DNA of 64,000 nt from Eledone cirrhosa (GCA_964016885.1 OZ024742.1:15066001-15130000); one strand, 5' to 3'. Shown: positions 41,345 through 57,490, numbered from the stretch's first letter. Program-made: numbers and translations. Notes: generated from the letters alone by a model not told the origin.

Positions 41345-43295
41345 TGGTGAGGTGGCACCACTTAGCTCAAACTAATCATATCTAAATTACCATATATATA
41401 TATATATTGGTGAGGTGGCACCACTAAGCTGAAACTAATCATATCTAAATTACCATATATATATATTGGTGAGGTGGCACCACTTAGTTCAAACTAATCA
41501 TATCTAAATTACCATATATATATATTGGTGAGGTGGCACCACTTAGCTCAAACTAATCATATCTAAATTACCATATATATATATTGGTGAGGTGGCACCA
41601 CTTAACTCAAACTAAACATATCTAAATTACTATATATATATATTGGCGAGGTGGCACCACTTAGCTCAAACTAACCACATCTAAATTACCATATATATTG
41701 GTGAGGTGGCACCACTTAGCTCAATCTCATCATATCTAAATTACCATATATATTGGTGAGGTGGCACCACTTAACTCAAACTAATCATATCTAAATTACC
41801 ATATATATATATTGGTGAGGTGGCACCACTTAGCTCAAACTAATCATATCTAAATTACCATATATATATATTGGTGAGGTGGCACCACTTAGCTCAAACT
41901 AATCATATCTAAATTACCATATATATATATTGGTGAGGTGGCACCACTTAGCTCAAACTAATCATATCTAAATTACCATATATATTGGTGAGGTGGCACC
42001 ACTTAGCTCAAACTAATCATATCTAAATTACCATATATATTGGTGAGGTGGCACCACTTAGCTGAAACTAATCATATCTAAATTACCATATATATATATT
42101 GGTGAGGTGGCACCACTTAGCTCAAACTAATCATATCTAAATTACCATATATATTGGTGATGTGGTACCACTTAGCTCAAACTAATCATATCTAAATTAC
42201 CATATATATATATATTGGTGAGGTGGCACCACTTAGCTCAAACTAATCATATCTAAATTACCATATATATATATATATATTGGTGAGGTGGCACCACTAA
42301 GCTGAAACTAATCATATCTAAATTACCATATATATATATTGGTGAGGTGGCACCACTTAGCTCAAACTAATCACATCTAAATTACCATATATATATATTG
42401 GTGAGGTGGTACCACTTAGCTCAAACTAATCACATCTAAATTACCATATATATATATTGGTGAGGTGGCACCACTTAGCTCAATCTCATCATATCTAAAT
42501 TACCATATACATATATTGGTGAGGTGGCACCACTTAGCTCAAACTAATCATATCTAAATTACCATATATATTGGTTAGGTGGCACCACTTAGCTCAAACT
42601 AATCATATCTAAATTACCATATATATATATTGGTGAGGTGGCACCACTTAGCTCAAACTAATCATATCTAAATTACCATATATATTGGTGATGTGGTACC
42701 ACTTAGCTCAAACTAATCATATCTAAATTACCATATATATATATATTGGTGAGGTGGCACCACTTAGCTCAAACTAATCATATCTAAATTACCATATATA
42801 TTGGTGAGGTGGCACCACTTAGCTCAAACTAATCATATCTAAATTACCATATATATATATATTGGTGAGGTGGCACCACTTAGCTCAAACTAATCATATC
42901 TAAATTACCATATATATATATATATTGGTGAGGTGGCACCACTAAGCTGAAACTAATCATATCTAAATTACCATATATATATATTGGTGAGGTGGCACCA
43001 CTTAGTTCAAACTAATCATATCTAAATTACCATATATATATATTGGTGAGGTGGCACCACTTAGCTCAAACTAATCATATCTAAATTACCATATATATTG
43101 GTGAGGTGGCACCACTTAGCTCAAACTAATCATATCTAAATTACCATATATATATATTGGTGAGGTGGCACCACTTAGCTCAAACTAATCATATCTAAAT
43201 TACCATATATATATATTGGTGAGGTGGCACCACTTAGCTCAAACTAATCATATCTAAATTACCATATATATTGGTGAGGTGGCACCACTAATGCT

Positions 43296-43351
43296 CAAAC
43301 CCATGCAAGCGTGGAACACGGACGTCAAACGATGATGATGATGATGATGAT
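43296..43351 (+). mobile_element. Retroposon-like tail fragment, deleted form fused to the satellite core at CAAAC
   Basis: GGCACCACTAATGCT-CAAAC-CCATGCAAGCGTGG...(GAT)7 TGGCG. Confidence 0.7.
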
Positions 43352-45764
43352 TGGCGAGGTGGCACCACTTAGCTCAAACTAATCATATCTAAATTACCAT
43401 ATATATATATATATTGGTGAGGTGGCACCACTAAGCTGAAACTAATCATATCTAAATTACCATATATATATATTGGTGAGGTGGCACCACTTAGTTCAAA
43501 CTAATCATATCTAAATTACCATATATATATATTGGTGAGGTGGCACCACTTAGCTCAAACTAATCATATCTAAATTACCATATATATATATTGGTGAGGT
43601 GGCACCACTTAACTCAAACTAAACATATCTAAATTACTATATATATATATTGGTGAGGTGGCACCACTTAGCTCAAACTAATCATATCTAAATTACCATA
43701 TATATATATTGGTGAGGTGGCACCACTTAGCTCAAACTAATCACATCTAAATTACCATATATATTGGTGAGGTGGCACCACTTAGCTCAAACTAATCATA
43801 TCTAAATTACCATATATATTGGTGAGGTGGCACCACTTAGCTCAAACTAATCACATCTAAATTACCATATATATTGGTGAGGTGGCACCACTTAGCTCAA
43901 TCTCATCATATCTAAATTACCATATATATTGGTGAGGTGGCACCACTTAACTCAAACTAATCATATCTAAATTACCATATATATATATTGGTGAGGTGGC
44001 ACCACTTAGCTCAAACTAATCATATCTAAATTACCATATATATATATTGGTGAGGTGGCACCACTTAGCTCAAACTAATCATATCTAAATTACCATATAT
44101 ATTGGTGAGGTGGCACCACTTAGCTCAAACTAATCATATCTAAATTACCATATATATTGGTGAGGTGGCACCACTTAGCTCAAACTAATCATATCTAAAT
44201 TACCATATATATTGGTGAGGTGGCACCACTTAGCTCAAACTAATCATATCTAAATTACCATATATATATATTGGTGAGGTGGCACCACTTAGCTCAAACT
44301 AATCATATCTAAATTACCATATATATATATATTGGTGAGGTGGCACCACTTAGCTCAAACTAATCATATCTAAATTACCATATATATTGGTGAGGTGGCA
44401 CCACTTAGCTCAAACTAATCACATCTAAATTACCATATATATTGGTGAGGTGGCACCACTTAGCTCAAACTAATCATATCTAAATTACCATATATATATA
44501 TATTGGTGAGGTGGCACCACTTAGCTCAAACTAATCATATCTAAATTAACATATATACATATATTGGTGAGGTGGTACCACTTAGCTCAAACTAATCATA
44601 TCTAAATTACCATATATATATATTGGTGAGGTGGTACCACTTAGCTCAAACTAATCACATCTAAATTACCATATATATATATATTGGTGAGGTGGCACCA
44701 CTTAGCTCAAACTAATCATATCTAAATTACCATATATATATATATATATTGGTGAGGTGGCACCACTAAGCTGAAACTAATCATATCTAAATTACCATAT
44801 ATATATATTGGTGAGGTGGCACCACTTAGCTCAAACTAATCACATCTAAATTACCATATATATATATTGGTGAGGTGGTACCACTTAGCTCAAACTAATC
44901 ACATCTAAATTACCATATATATATATTGGTGAGGTGGCACCACTTAGCTCAATCTCATCATATCTAAATTACCATATACATATATTGGTGAGGTGGCACC
45001 ACTTAGCTCAAACTAATCATATCTAAATTACCATATATATTGGTTAGGTGGCACCACTTAGCTCAAACTAATCATATCTAAATTACCATATATATATATT
45101 GGTGAGGTGGCACCACTTAGCTCAAACTAATCATATCTAAATTACCATATATATTGGTGATGTGGTACCACTTAGCTCAAACTAATCATATCTAAATTAC
45201 CATATATATATATATTGGTGAGGTGGCACCACTTAGCTCAAACTAATCATATCTAAATTACCATATATATTGGTGAGGTGGCACCACTTAGCTCAAACTA
45301 ATCATATCTAAATTACCATATATATATATATTGGTGAGGTGGCACCACTTAGCTCAAACTAATCATATCTAAATTACCATATATATATATATATTGGTGA
45401 GGTGGCACCACTAAGCTGAAACTAATCATATCTAAATTACCATATATATATATTGGTGAGGTGGCACCACTTAGTTCAAACTAATCATATCTAAATTACC
45501 ATATATATATATTGGTGAGGTGGCACCACTTAGCTCAAACTAATCATATCTAAATTACCATATATATTGGTGAGGTGGCACCACTTAGCTCAAACTAATC
45601 ATATCTAAATTACCATATATATATATTGGTGAGGTGGCACCACTTAGCTCAAACTAATCATATCTAAATTACCATATATATATATTGGTGAGGTGGCACC
45701 ACTTAGCTCAAACTAATCATATCTAAATTACCATATATATTGGTGAGGTGGCACCACTAATGCT

Positions 45765-45820
45765 CAAACCCATGCAAGCGTGGAACACGGACGTCAAACG
45801 ATGATGATGATGATGATGAT
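45765..45820 (+). mobile_element. Retroposon-like tail fragment, deleted form fused to the satellite core at CAAAC (second copy)
   Basis: Junction identical to the one at 43296, 2469 bp downstream. Confidence 0.7.
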
Positions 45821-48818
45821 TGGCGAGGTGGCACCACTTAGCTCAAACTAATCATATCTAAATTACCATATATATATATATATTGGTGAGGTGGCACCAC
45901 TAAGCTGAAACTAATCATATCTAAATTACCATATATATATATTGGTGAGGTGGCACCACTTAGTTCAAACTAATCATATCTAAATTACCATATATATATA
46001 TTGGTGAGGTGGCACCACTTAGCTCAAACTAATCATATCTAAATTACCATATATATATATTGGTGAGGTGGCACCACTTAACTCAAACTAAACATATCTA
46101 AATTACTATATATATATATTGGTGAGGTGGCACCACTTAGCTCAAACTAATCATATCTAAATTACCATATATATATATTGGTGAGGTGGCACCACTTAGC
46201 TCAAACTAATCACATCTAAATTACCATATATATTGGTGAGGTGGCACCACTTAGCTCAAACTAATCATATCTAAATTACCATATATATTGGTGAGGTGGC
46301 ACCACTTAGCTCAAACTAATCACATCTAAATTACCATATATATTGGTGAGGTGGCACCACTTAGCTCAATCTCATCATATCTAAATTACCATATATATTG
46401 GTGAGGTGGCACCACTTAACTCAAACTAATCATATCTAAATTACCATATATATATATTGGTGAGGTGGCACCACTTAGCTCAAACTAATCATATCTAAAT
46501 TACCATATATATATATTGGTGAGGTGGCACCACTTAGCTCAAACTAATCATATCTAAATTACCATATATATTGGTGAGGTGGCACCACTTAGCTCAAACT
46601 AATCATATCTAAATTACCATATATATTGGTGAGGTGGCACCACTTAGCTCAAACTAATCATATCTAAATTACCATATATATTGGTGAGGTGGCACCACTT
46701 AGCTCAAACTAATCATATCTAAATTACCATATATATATATTGGTGAGGTGGCACCACTTAGCTCAAACTAATCATATCTAAATTACCATATATATATATA
46801 TTGGTGAGGTGGCACCACTTAGCTCAAACTAATCATATCTAAATTACCATATATATTGGTGAGGTGGCACCACTTAGCTCAAACTAATCACATCTAAATT
46901 ACCATATATATTGGTGAGGTGGCACCACTTAGCTCAAACTAATCATATCTAAATTACCATATATATATATATTGGTGAGGTGGCACCACTTAGCTCAAAC
47001 TAATCATATCTAAATTAACATATATACATATATTGGTGAGGTGGTACCACTTAGCTCAAACTAATCATATCTAAATTACCATATATATATATTGGTGAGG
47101 TGGTACCACTTAGCTCAAACTAATCACATCTAAATTACCATATATATTGGTGAGGTGGCACCACTTAGCTCAAACTAATCATATCTAAATTACCATATAT
47201 ATTGGTTAGGTGGTACCACTTAGCTCAAACTAATCACATCTAAATTACCATATATATTGGTGAGGTGGCACCACTTAGCTCAAACTAATCATATCTAAAT
47301 TACCATATATATTGGTGATGTGGTACCACTTAGCTCAAACTAATCATATCTAAATTACCATATATATATATATTGGTGAGGTGGCACCACTTAGCTCAAA
47401 CTAATCATATCTAAATTACCATATATATTGGTGAGGTGGCACCACTTAGCTCAAACTAATCATATCTAAATTACCATATATATATATATTGGTGAGGTGG
47501 CACTACTTAGCTCAAACTAATCATATCTAAATTACCATATATATTGGTGAGGTGGCACCACTTAGCTCAAACTAATCATATCTAAATTACCATATATATA
47601 TATTGGTGAGGTGGTACCACTTAGCTCAAACTAATCACATCTAAATTACCACATATATTGGTGAGGTGGCACCACTTGGCTCAAACTAATCATATCTAAA
47701 TTACCATATATATTGGTGATGTGGTACCACTTAGCTCAAACTAATCATATCTAAATTACCATATATATATATATTGGTGAGGTGGCACCACTTAGCTCAA
47801 ACTAATCATATCTAAATTACCATATATATTGGTGAGGTGGCACCACTTAGCTCAAACTAATCATATCTAAATTACCATATATATATATATTGGTGAGGTG
47901 GCACCACTTAGCTCAAACTAATCATATCTAAATTACCATATATATTGGTGAGGTGGCACCACTTAGCTCAAACTAATCATATCTAAATTACCATATATAT
48001 ATATTGGTGAGGTGGCACCACTTAGCTCAAACTAATCATATCTAAATTACCATATATATATATATTGGTGAGGTGGCACCACTTAGCTCAAACTAATCAT
48101 ATCTAAATTACCATATATATTGGTGAGGTGGCACCACTTAGCTCAAACTAATCACATCTAAATTACCATATATATTGGTGAGGTGGCACCACTTAGCTCA
48201 AACTAATCATATCTAAATTACCATATATATATATATTGGTGAGGTGGCACCACTTAGCTCAAACTAATCATATCTAAATTAACATATATACATATATTGG
48301 TGAGGTGGTACCACTTAGCTCAAACTAATCATATCTAAATTACCATATATATATATTGGTGAGGTGGTACCACTTAGCTCAAACTAATCACATCTAAATT
48401 ACCATATATATTGGTGAGGTGGCACCACTTAGCTCAAACTAATCATATCTAAATTACCATATATATATATTGGTGAGGTGGTACCACTTAGCTCAAACTA
48501 ATCACATCTAAATTACCATATATATTGGTGAGGTGGCACCACTTAGCTCAAACTAATCATATCTAAATTACCATATATATATATTGGTGAGGTGGCACCA
48601 CTTAGCTCAAACTAATCATATCTAAATTAACATATATACATATATTGGTGAGGTGGCACCACTTAGCTCAAACTAATCATATCTAAATTACCATATATAT
48701 ATATTGGCGAGGTGGCACCACTTAGCTCAAACTAATCACATCTAAATTACCATATATATATATTGGTGAGTTGGTACCACTTAGCTCAAACTAATCACAT
48801 CTAAATTACCATATATAT

Positions 48819-48881
48819 GGCCATCCAAACCCATGCAAGCGTGGAACACGGACGTCAAACGATGATGATGATGATGATGAT
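48819..48881 (+). mobile_element. Retroposon-like tail fragment, (GAT)7 followed by TGGCG
   Basis: Same 42-bp unique part, followed by (GAT)7. Confidence 0.7.
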
Positions 48882-50719
48882 TGGCGAGGTGGCACCACTT
48901 AGCTCAAACTAATCATATCTAAATTACCATATATATATATATATTGGTGAGGTGGCACCACTAAGCTGAAACTAATCATATCTAAATTACCATATATATA
49001 TATTGGTGAGGTGGCACCACTTAGTTCAAACTAATCATATCTAAATTACCATATATATATATTGGTGAGGTGGCACCACTTAGCTCAAACTAATCATATC
49101 TAAATTACCATATATATATATTGGTGAGGTGGCACCACTTAACTCAAACTAAACATCTAAATTACTATATATATATATTGGTGAGGTGGCACCACTTAGC
49201 TCAAACTAATCATATCTAAATTACCATATATATATATTGGTGAGGTGGCACCACTTAGCTCAAACTAATCACATCTAAATTACCATATATATTGGTGAGG
49301 TGGCACCACTTAGCTCAAACTAATCATATCTAAATTACCATATATATTGGTGAGGTGGCACCACTTAGCTCAAACTAATCACATCTAAATTACCATATAT
49401 ATTGGTGAGGTGGCACCACTTAGCTCAATCTCATCATATCTAAATTACCATATATATTGGTGAGGTGGCACCACTTAACTCAAACTAATCATATCTAAAT
49501 TACCATATATATATATTGGTGAGGTGGCACCACTTAGCTCAAACTAATCATATCTAAATTACCATATATATATATTGGTGAGGTGGCACCACTTAGCTCA
49601 AACTAATCATATCTAAATTACCATATATATATATTGGTGAGGTGGCACCACTTAGCTCAAACTAATCATATCTAAATTACCATATATATATATTGGTGAG
49701 GTGGCACCACTTAGCTCAAACTAATCATATCTAAATTACCATATATATTGGTGAGGTGGCACCACTTAGCTCAAACTAATCATATCTAAATTACCATATA
49801 TATTGGTGAGGTGGCACCACTTAGCTCAAACTAATCATATCTAAATTACCATATATATATATATTGGTGAGGTGGCACCACTTAGCTCAAACTAATCATA
49901 TCTAAATTACCATATATATTGGTGAGGTGGCACCACTTAGCTCAAACTAATCATATCTAAATTACCATATATATATATTGGTGAGGTGGTACCACTTAGC
50001 TCAAACTAATCACATCTAAATTACCATATATATTGGTGAGGTGGTACCACTTAGCTCAAACTAATCAAATCTAAATTACCATATATATTAGTGAGGTGGC
50101 ACCACTTAACTCAAACTAATCATATCTAAATTACCATATATATTGGTGAGGTGGCACCACTTAGCTCAAACTAATCATATCTAAATTACCATATATATAT
50201 ATATTGGTGAGGTGGTACCACTTAGCTCAAACTAATCACATCTAAATTACCATATATATTGGTGAGGTGGCACCACTTAGCTCAAACTAATCATATCTAA
50301 ATTACCATATATATTGGTGAGGTGGCACTACTTAGCTCAAACTAATCACATCTAAATTACCATATATATATATTGGTGAGGTGGTACCACTTAGCTCAAA
50401 CTAATCACATCTAAATTACCATATATATATATTGGTGAGGTGGCACCACTTAGCTCAAACTTATCATATCTAAATTACCATATATATATATTGGTGAGGT
50501 GGCACCACTTAGCTCAAACTAATCACATCTAAATTACCATATATATATATTGGTGAGGTGGTACCACTTAGCTCAAACTAATCATATCTAAATTACCATA
50601 TATATTGGTGAGGTGGCACCACTTAGCTCAAACTAATCATATCTAAATTACCATATATATATATTGGTGAGGTGGCACCACTTAGCTCAAACTAATCATA
50701 TCTAAATTACCATATATAT

Positions 50720-50782
50720 GGCCATCCAAACCCATGCAAGCGTGGAACACGGACGTCAAACGATGATGATGATGATGATGAT
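50720..50782 (+). mobile_element. Retroposon-like tail fragment, (GAT)7 followed by TGGTG
   Basis: Same 42-bp unique part, followed by (GAT)7. Confidence 0.7.
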
Positions 50783-53700
50783 TGGTGAGGTGGCACCACT
50801 TAGCTCAAACTAATCATATCTAAATTACCATATATATATATATATATTGGTGAGGTGGCACCACTAAGCTGAAACTAATCATATCTAAATTACCATATAT
50901 ATATATTGGTGAGGTGGCACCACTTAGCTCAAACTAATCACATCTAAATTACCATATATATATATTGGTGAGGTGGTACCACTTAGCTCAAACTAATCAT
51001 ATCTAAATTACCATATACATATATTGGTGAGGTGGCACCACTTAGCTGAAACTAATCATATCTAAATTACCATATATATTGGTGAGGTGGCACCACTTAG
51101 CTCAAACTAATCATATCTAAATTACCATATATATATTGGTGAGGTGGCACCACTTAGCTCAAACTAATCATATCTAAATTACCATATATATATATTGGTG
51201 AGGTGGCACCACTTAGCTCAAACTAATCATATCTAAATTACCATATATATATATATTGGTGAGGTGGCACCACTTAGCTGAAACTAATCATATCTAAATT
51301 ACCATATATATTGGTGAGGTGGCACCACTTAGCTCAAACTAATCATATCTAAATTACCATATATATATATATTGGTGAGGTGGCACCACTTAGCTCAAAC
51401 TAATCATATCTAAATTACCATATATATTGGTGAGGTGGCACCACTTAGCTGAAACTAATCATATCTAAATTACCATATATATATATATTGGTGAGGTGGC
51501 ACTACTTAGCTCAAACTAATCATATCTAAATTACCATATATATTGGTGAGGTGGCACCACTTAGCTCAAACTAATCATATCTAAATTACCATATATATAT
51601 ATATTGGTGAGGTGGTACCACTTAGCTCAAACTAATCACATCTAAATTACCATATATATTGGTGAGGTGGCACCACTTAGCTCAAACTAATCATATCTAA
51701 ATTACCATATATATTGGTGATGTGGTACCACTTAGCTCAAACTAATCATATCTAAATTACCATATATATATATATTGGTGAGGTGGCACCACTTAGCTCA
51801 AACTAATCATATCTAAATTACCATATATATTGGTGAGGTGGCACCACTTAGCTCAAACTAATCATATCTAAATTACCATATATATATATATTGGTGAGGT
51901 GGCACCACTTAGCTCAAACTAATCATATCTAAATTACCATATATATTGGTGAGGTGGCACCACTTAGCTCAAACTAATCATATCTAAATTACCATATATA
52001 TATATTGGTGAGGTGGCACCACTTAGCTCAAACTAATCATATCTAAATTACCATATATATATATATTGGTGAGGTGGCACCACTTAGCTCAAACTAATCA
52101 CATCTAAATTACCATATATATTGGTGAGGTGGCACCACTTAGCTCAAACTAATCATATCTAAATTACCATATATATATATTGGTGAGGTGGCACCACTTA
52201 ACTCAAACTAAACATATCTAAATTACTATATATATATATTGGTGAGGTGGCACCACTTAGCTCAAACTAACCACATCTAAATTACCATATATATTGGTGA
52301 GGTGGCACCACTTAGCTCAATCTCATCATATCTAAATTACCATATATATTGGTGAGGTGGCACCACTTAACTCAAACTAATCATATCTAAATTACCATAT
52401 ATATATATTGGTGAGGTGGCACCACTTAGCTCAAACTAATCATATCTAAATTACCATATATATATATTGGTGAGGTGGCACCACTTAGCTCAAACTAATC
52501 ATATCTAAATTACCATATATATATATTGGTGAGGTGGCACCACTTAGCTCAAACTAATCATATCTAAATTACCATATATATTGGTGAGGTGGCACCACTT
52601 AGCTCAAACTAATCATATCTAAATTACCATATATATTGGTGAGGTGGCACCACTTAGCTGAAACTAATCATATCTAAATTACCATATATATATATTGGTG
52701 AGGTGGCACCACTTAGCTCAAACTAATCATATCTAAATTACCATATATATTGGTGATGTGGTACCACTTAGCTCAAACTAATCATATCTAAATTACCATA
52801 TATATATATATTGGTGAGGTGGCACCACTTAGCTCAAACTAATCATATCTAAATTACCATATATATATATATATATTGGTGAGGTGGCACCACTAAGCTG
52901 AAACTAATCATATCTAAATTACCATATATATATATTGGTGAGGTGGCACCACTTAGCTCAAACTAATCACATCTAAATTACCATATATATATATTGGTGA
53001 GGTGGTACCACTTAGCTCAAACTAATCACATCTAAATTACCATATATATATATTGGTGAGGTGGCACCACTTAGCTCAATCTCATCATATCTAAATTACC
53101 ATATACATATATTGGTGAGGTGGCACCACTTAGCTCAAACTAATCATATCTAAATTACCATATATATTGGTTAGGTGGCACCACTTAGCTCAAACTAATC
53201 ATATCTAAATTACCATATATATATATTGGTGAGGTGGCACCACTTAGCTCAAACTAATCATATCTAAATTACCATATATATTGGTGATGTGGTACCACTT
53301 AGCTCAAACTAATCATATCTAAATTACCATATATATATATATTGGTGAGGTGGCACCACTTAGCTCAAACTAATCATATCTAAATTACCATATATATTGG
53401 TGAGGTGGCACCACTTAGCTCAAACTAATCATATCTAAATTACCATATATATATATATTGGTGAGGTGGCACTACTTAGCTCAAACTAATCATATCTAAA
53501 TTACCATATATATTGGTGAGGTGGCACCACTTAGCTCAAACTAATCATATCTAAATTACCATATATATATATTGGTGAGGTGGTACCACTTAGCTCAAAC
53601 TAATCACATCTAAATTACCATATATATTGGTGAGGTGGCACCACTTGGCTCAAACTAATCATATCTAAATTACCATATATATTGGTGATGTGGTACCACT

Positions 53701-55347
53701 TAGCTCAAACTAATCATATCTAAATTACCATATATATATATATTGGTGAGGTGGCACCACTTAGCTCAAACTAATCATATCTAAATTACCATATATATTG
53801 GTGAGGTGGCACCACTTAGCTCAAACTAATCATATCTAAATTACCATATATATATATATTGGTGAGGTGGCACCACTTAGCTCAAACTAATCATATCTAA
53901 ATTACCATATATATTGGTGATGTGGTACCACTTAGCTCAAACTAATCATATCTAAATTACCATATATATATATATTGGTGAGGTGGCACCACTTAGCTCA
54001 AACTAATCATATCTAAATTACCATATATATTGGTGAGGTGGCACCACTTAGCTCAAACTAATCATATCTAAATTACCATATATATATATATTGGTGAGGT
54101 GGCACTACTTAGCTCAAACTAATCATATCTAAATTACCATATATATTGGTGAGGTGGCACCACTTAGCTCAAACTAATCATATCTAAATTACCATATATA
54201 TATATTGGTGAGGTGGTACCACTTAGCTCAAACTAATCACATCTAAATTACCATATATATTGGTGAGGTGGCACCACTTAGCTCAAACTAATCATATCTA
54301 AATTACCATATATATTGGTGATGTGGTACCACTTAGCTCAAACTAATCATATCTAAATTACCATATATATATATATTGGTGAGGTGGCACCACTTAGCTC
54401 AAACTAATCATATCTAAATTACCATATATATTGGTGAGGTGGCACCACTTAGCTCAAACTAATCATATCTAAATTACCATATATATATATATTGGTGAGG
54501 TGGCACCACTTAGCTCAAACTAATCATATCTAAATTACCATATATATTGGTGAGGTGGCACCACTTAGCTCAAACTAATCATATCTAAATTACCATATAT
54601 ATATATTGGTGAGGTGGTACCACTTAGCTCAAACTAATCACATCTAAATTACCATATATATTGGTGAGGTGGTACCACTTAGCTCAAACTAATCAAATCT
54701 AAATTACCATATATATTAGTGAGGTGGCACCACTTAACTCAAACTAATCATATCTAAATTACCATATATATTGGTGAGGTGGCACCACTTAGCTCAAACT
54801 AATCATATCTAAATTACCATATATATATATATTGGTGAGGTGGTACCACTTAGCTCAAACTAATCACATCTAAATTACCATATATATTGGTGAGGTGGCA
54901 CCACTTAGCTCAAACTAATCATATCTAAATTACCATATATATTGGTGAGGTGGCACTACTTAGCTCAAACTAATCACATCTAAATTACCATATATATATA
55001 TTGGTGAGGTGGTACCACTTAGCTCAAACTAATCACATCTAAATTACCATATATATATATTGGTGAGGTGGCACCACTTAGCTCAAACTAATCATATCTA
55101 AATTACCATATATATATATTGGTGAGGTGGCACCACTTAGCTCAAACTAATCACATCTAAATTACCATATATATATATTGGTGAGGTGGTACCACTTAGC
55201 TCAAACTAATCATATCTAAATTACCATATATATTGGTGAGGTGGCACCACTTAGCTCAAACTAATCATATCTAAATTACCATATATATATATTGGTGAGG
55301 TGGCACCACTTAGCTCAAACTAATCATATCTAAATTACCATATATAT

Positions 55348-55410
55348 GGCCATCCAAACCCATGCAAGCGTGGAACACGGACGTCAAACGATGATGATGA
55401 TGATGATGAT
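55348..55410 (+). mobile_element. Retroposon-like tail fragment, (GAT)7 followed by TGGCG
   Basis: Same 42-bp unique part, followed by (GAT)7. Confidence 0.7.
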
Positions 55411-57490
55411 TGGCGAGGTGGCACCACTTAGCTCAAACTAATCATATCTAAATTACCATATATATATATATATATTGGTGAGGTGGCACCACTTAGCTCA
55501 AACTAATCATATCTAAATTACCATATATATTGGTGAGGTGGCACCACTTAGCTCAAACTAATCATATCTAAATTACCATATATATTGGTGAGGTGGCACC
55601 ACTTAGCTGAAACTAATCATATCTAAATTACCATATATATATATTGGTGAGGTGGCACCACTTAGCTCAAACTAATCATATCTAAATTACCATATATATT
55701 GGTGATGTGGTACCACTTAGCTCAAACTAATCATATCTAAATTACCATATATATATATATTGGTGAGGTGGCACCACTTAGCTCAAACTAATCATATCTA
55801 AATTACCATATATATATATATATATTGGTGAGGTGGCACCACTAAGCTGAAACTAATCATATCTAAATTACCATATATATATATTGGTGAGGTGGCACCA
55901 CTTAGCTCAAACTAATCACATCTAAATTACCATATATATATATTGGTGAGGTGGTACCACTTAGCTCAAACTAATCACATCTAAATTACCATATATATAT
56001 ATTGGTGAGGTGGCACCACTTAGCTCAAACTAATCATATCTAAATTACCATATATATTGGTGATGTGGTACCACTTAGCTCAAACTAATCATATCTAAAT
56101 TACCATATATATATATATTGGTGAGGTGGCACCACTTAGCTCAAACTAATCATATCTAAATTACCATATATATTGGTGAGGTGGCACCACTTAGCTCAAA
56201 CTAATCATATCTAAATTACCATATATATATATATTGGTGAGGTGGCACTACTTAGCTCAAACTAATCATATCTAAATTACCATATATATTGGTGAGGTGG
56301 CACCACTTAGCTCAAACTAATCATATCTAAATTACCATATATATATATTGGTGAGGTGGTACCACTTAGCTCAAACTAATCACATCTAAATTACCATATA
56401 TATTGGTGAGGTGGCACCACTTAGCTCAAACTAATCATATCTAAATTACCATATATATTGGTGATGTGGTACCACTTAGCTCAAACTAATCATATCTAAA
56501 TTACCATATATATATATATTGGTGAGGTGGCACCACTTAGCTCAAACTAATCATATCTAAATTACCATATATATTGGTGAGGTGGCACCACTTAGCTCAA
56601 ACTAATCATATCTAAATTACCATATATATATATATTGGTGAGGTGGCACCACTTAGCTCAAACTAATCATATCTAAATTACCATATATATTGGTGAGGTG
56701 GCACCACTTAGCTCAAACTAATCATATCTAAATTACCATATATATATATTGGTGAGGTGGTACCACTTAGCTCAAACTAATCACATCTAAATTACCATAT
56801 ATATTGGTGAGGTGGTACCACTTAGCTCAAACTAATCAAATCTAAATTACCATATATATTAGTGAGGTGGCACCACTTAACTCAAACTAATCATATCTAA
56901 ATTACCATATATATTGGTGAGGTGGCACCACTTAGCTCAAACTAATCATATCTAAATTACCATATATATATATATTGGTGAGGTGGTACCACTTAGCTCA
57001 AACTAATCACATCTAAATTACCATATATATTGGTGAGGTGGCACCACTTAGCTCAAACTAATCATATCTAAATTACCATATATATTGGTGAGGTGGCACT
57101 ACTTAGCTCAAACTAATCACATCTAAATTACCATATATATATATTGGTGAGGTGGTACCACTTAGCTCAAACTAATCACATCTAAATTACCATATATATA
57201 TATTGGTGAGGTGGCACCACTTAGCTCAAACTAATCATATCTAAATTACCATATATATATATTGGTGAGGTGGCACCACTTAGCTCAAACTAATCACATC
57301 TAAATTACCATATATATATATTGGTGAGGTGGTACCACTTAGCTCAAACTAATCATATCTAAATTACCATATATATTGGTGAGGTGGCACCACTTAGCTC
57401 AAACTAATCATATCTAAATTACCATATATATATATTGGTGAGGTGGCACCACTTAGCTCAAACTAATCATATCTAAATTACCATATATAT

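Larger units (their letters stand above)
42195..47135. repeat. Tandem block duplication, period 2469 bp (boundaries approximate)
   Basis: Deleted-form inserts at 43296 and 45765, and TGGTTAGG markers at 42572 and 45041, are both 2469 bp apart. Confidence 0.85.
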
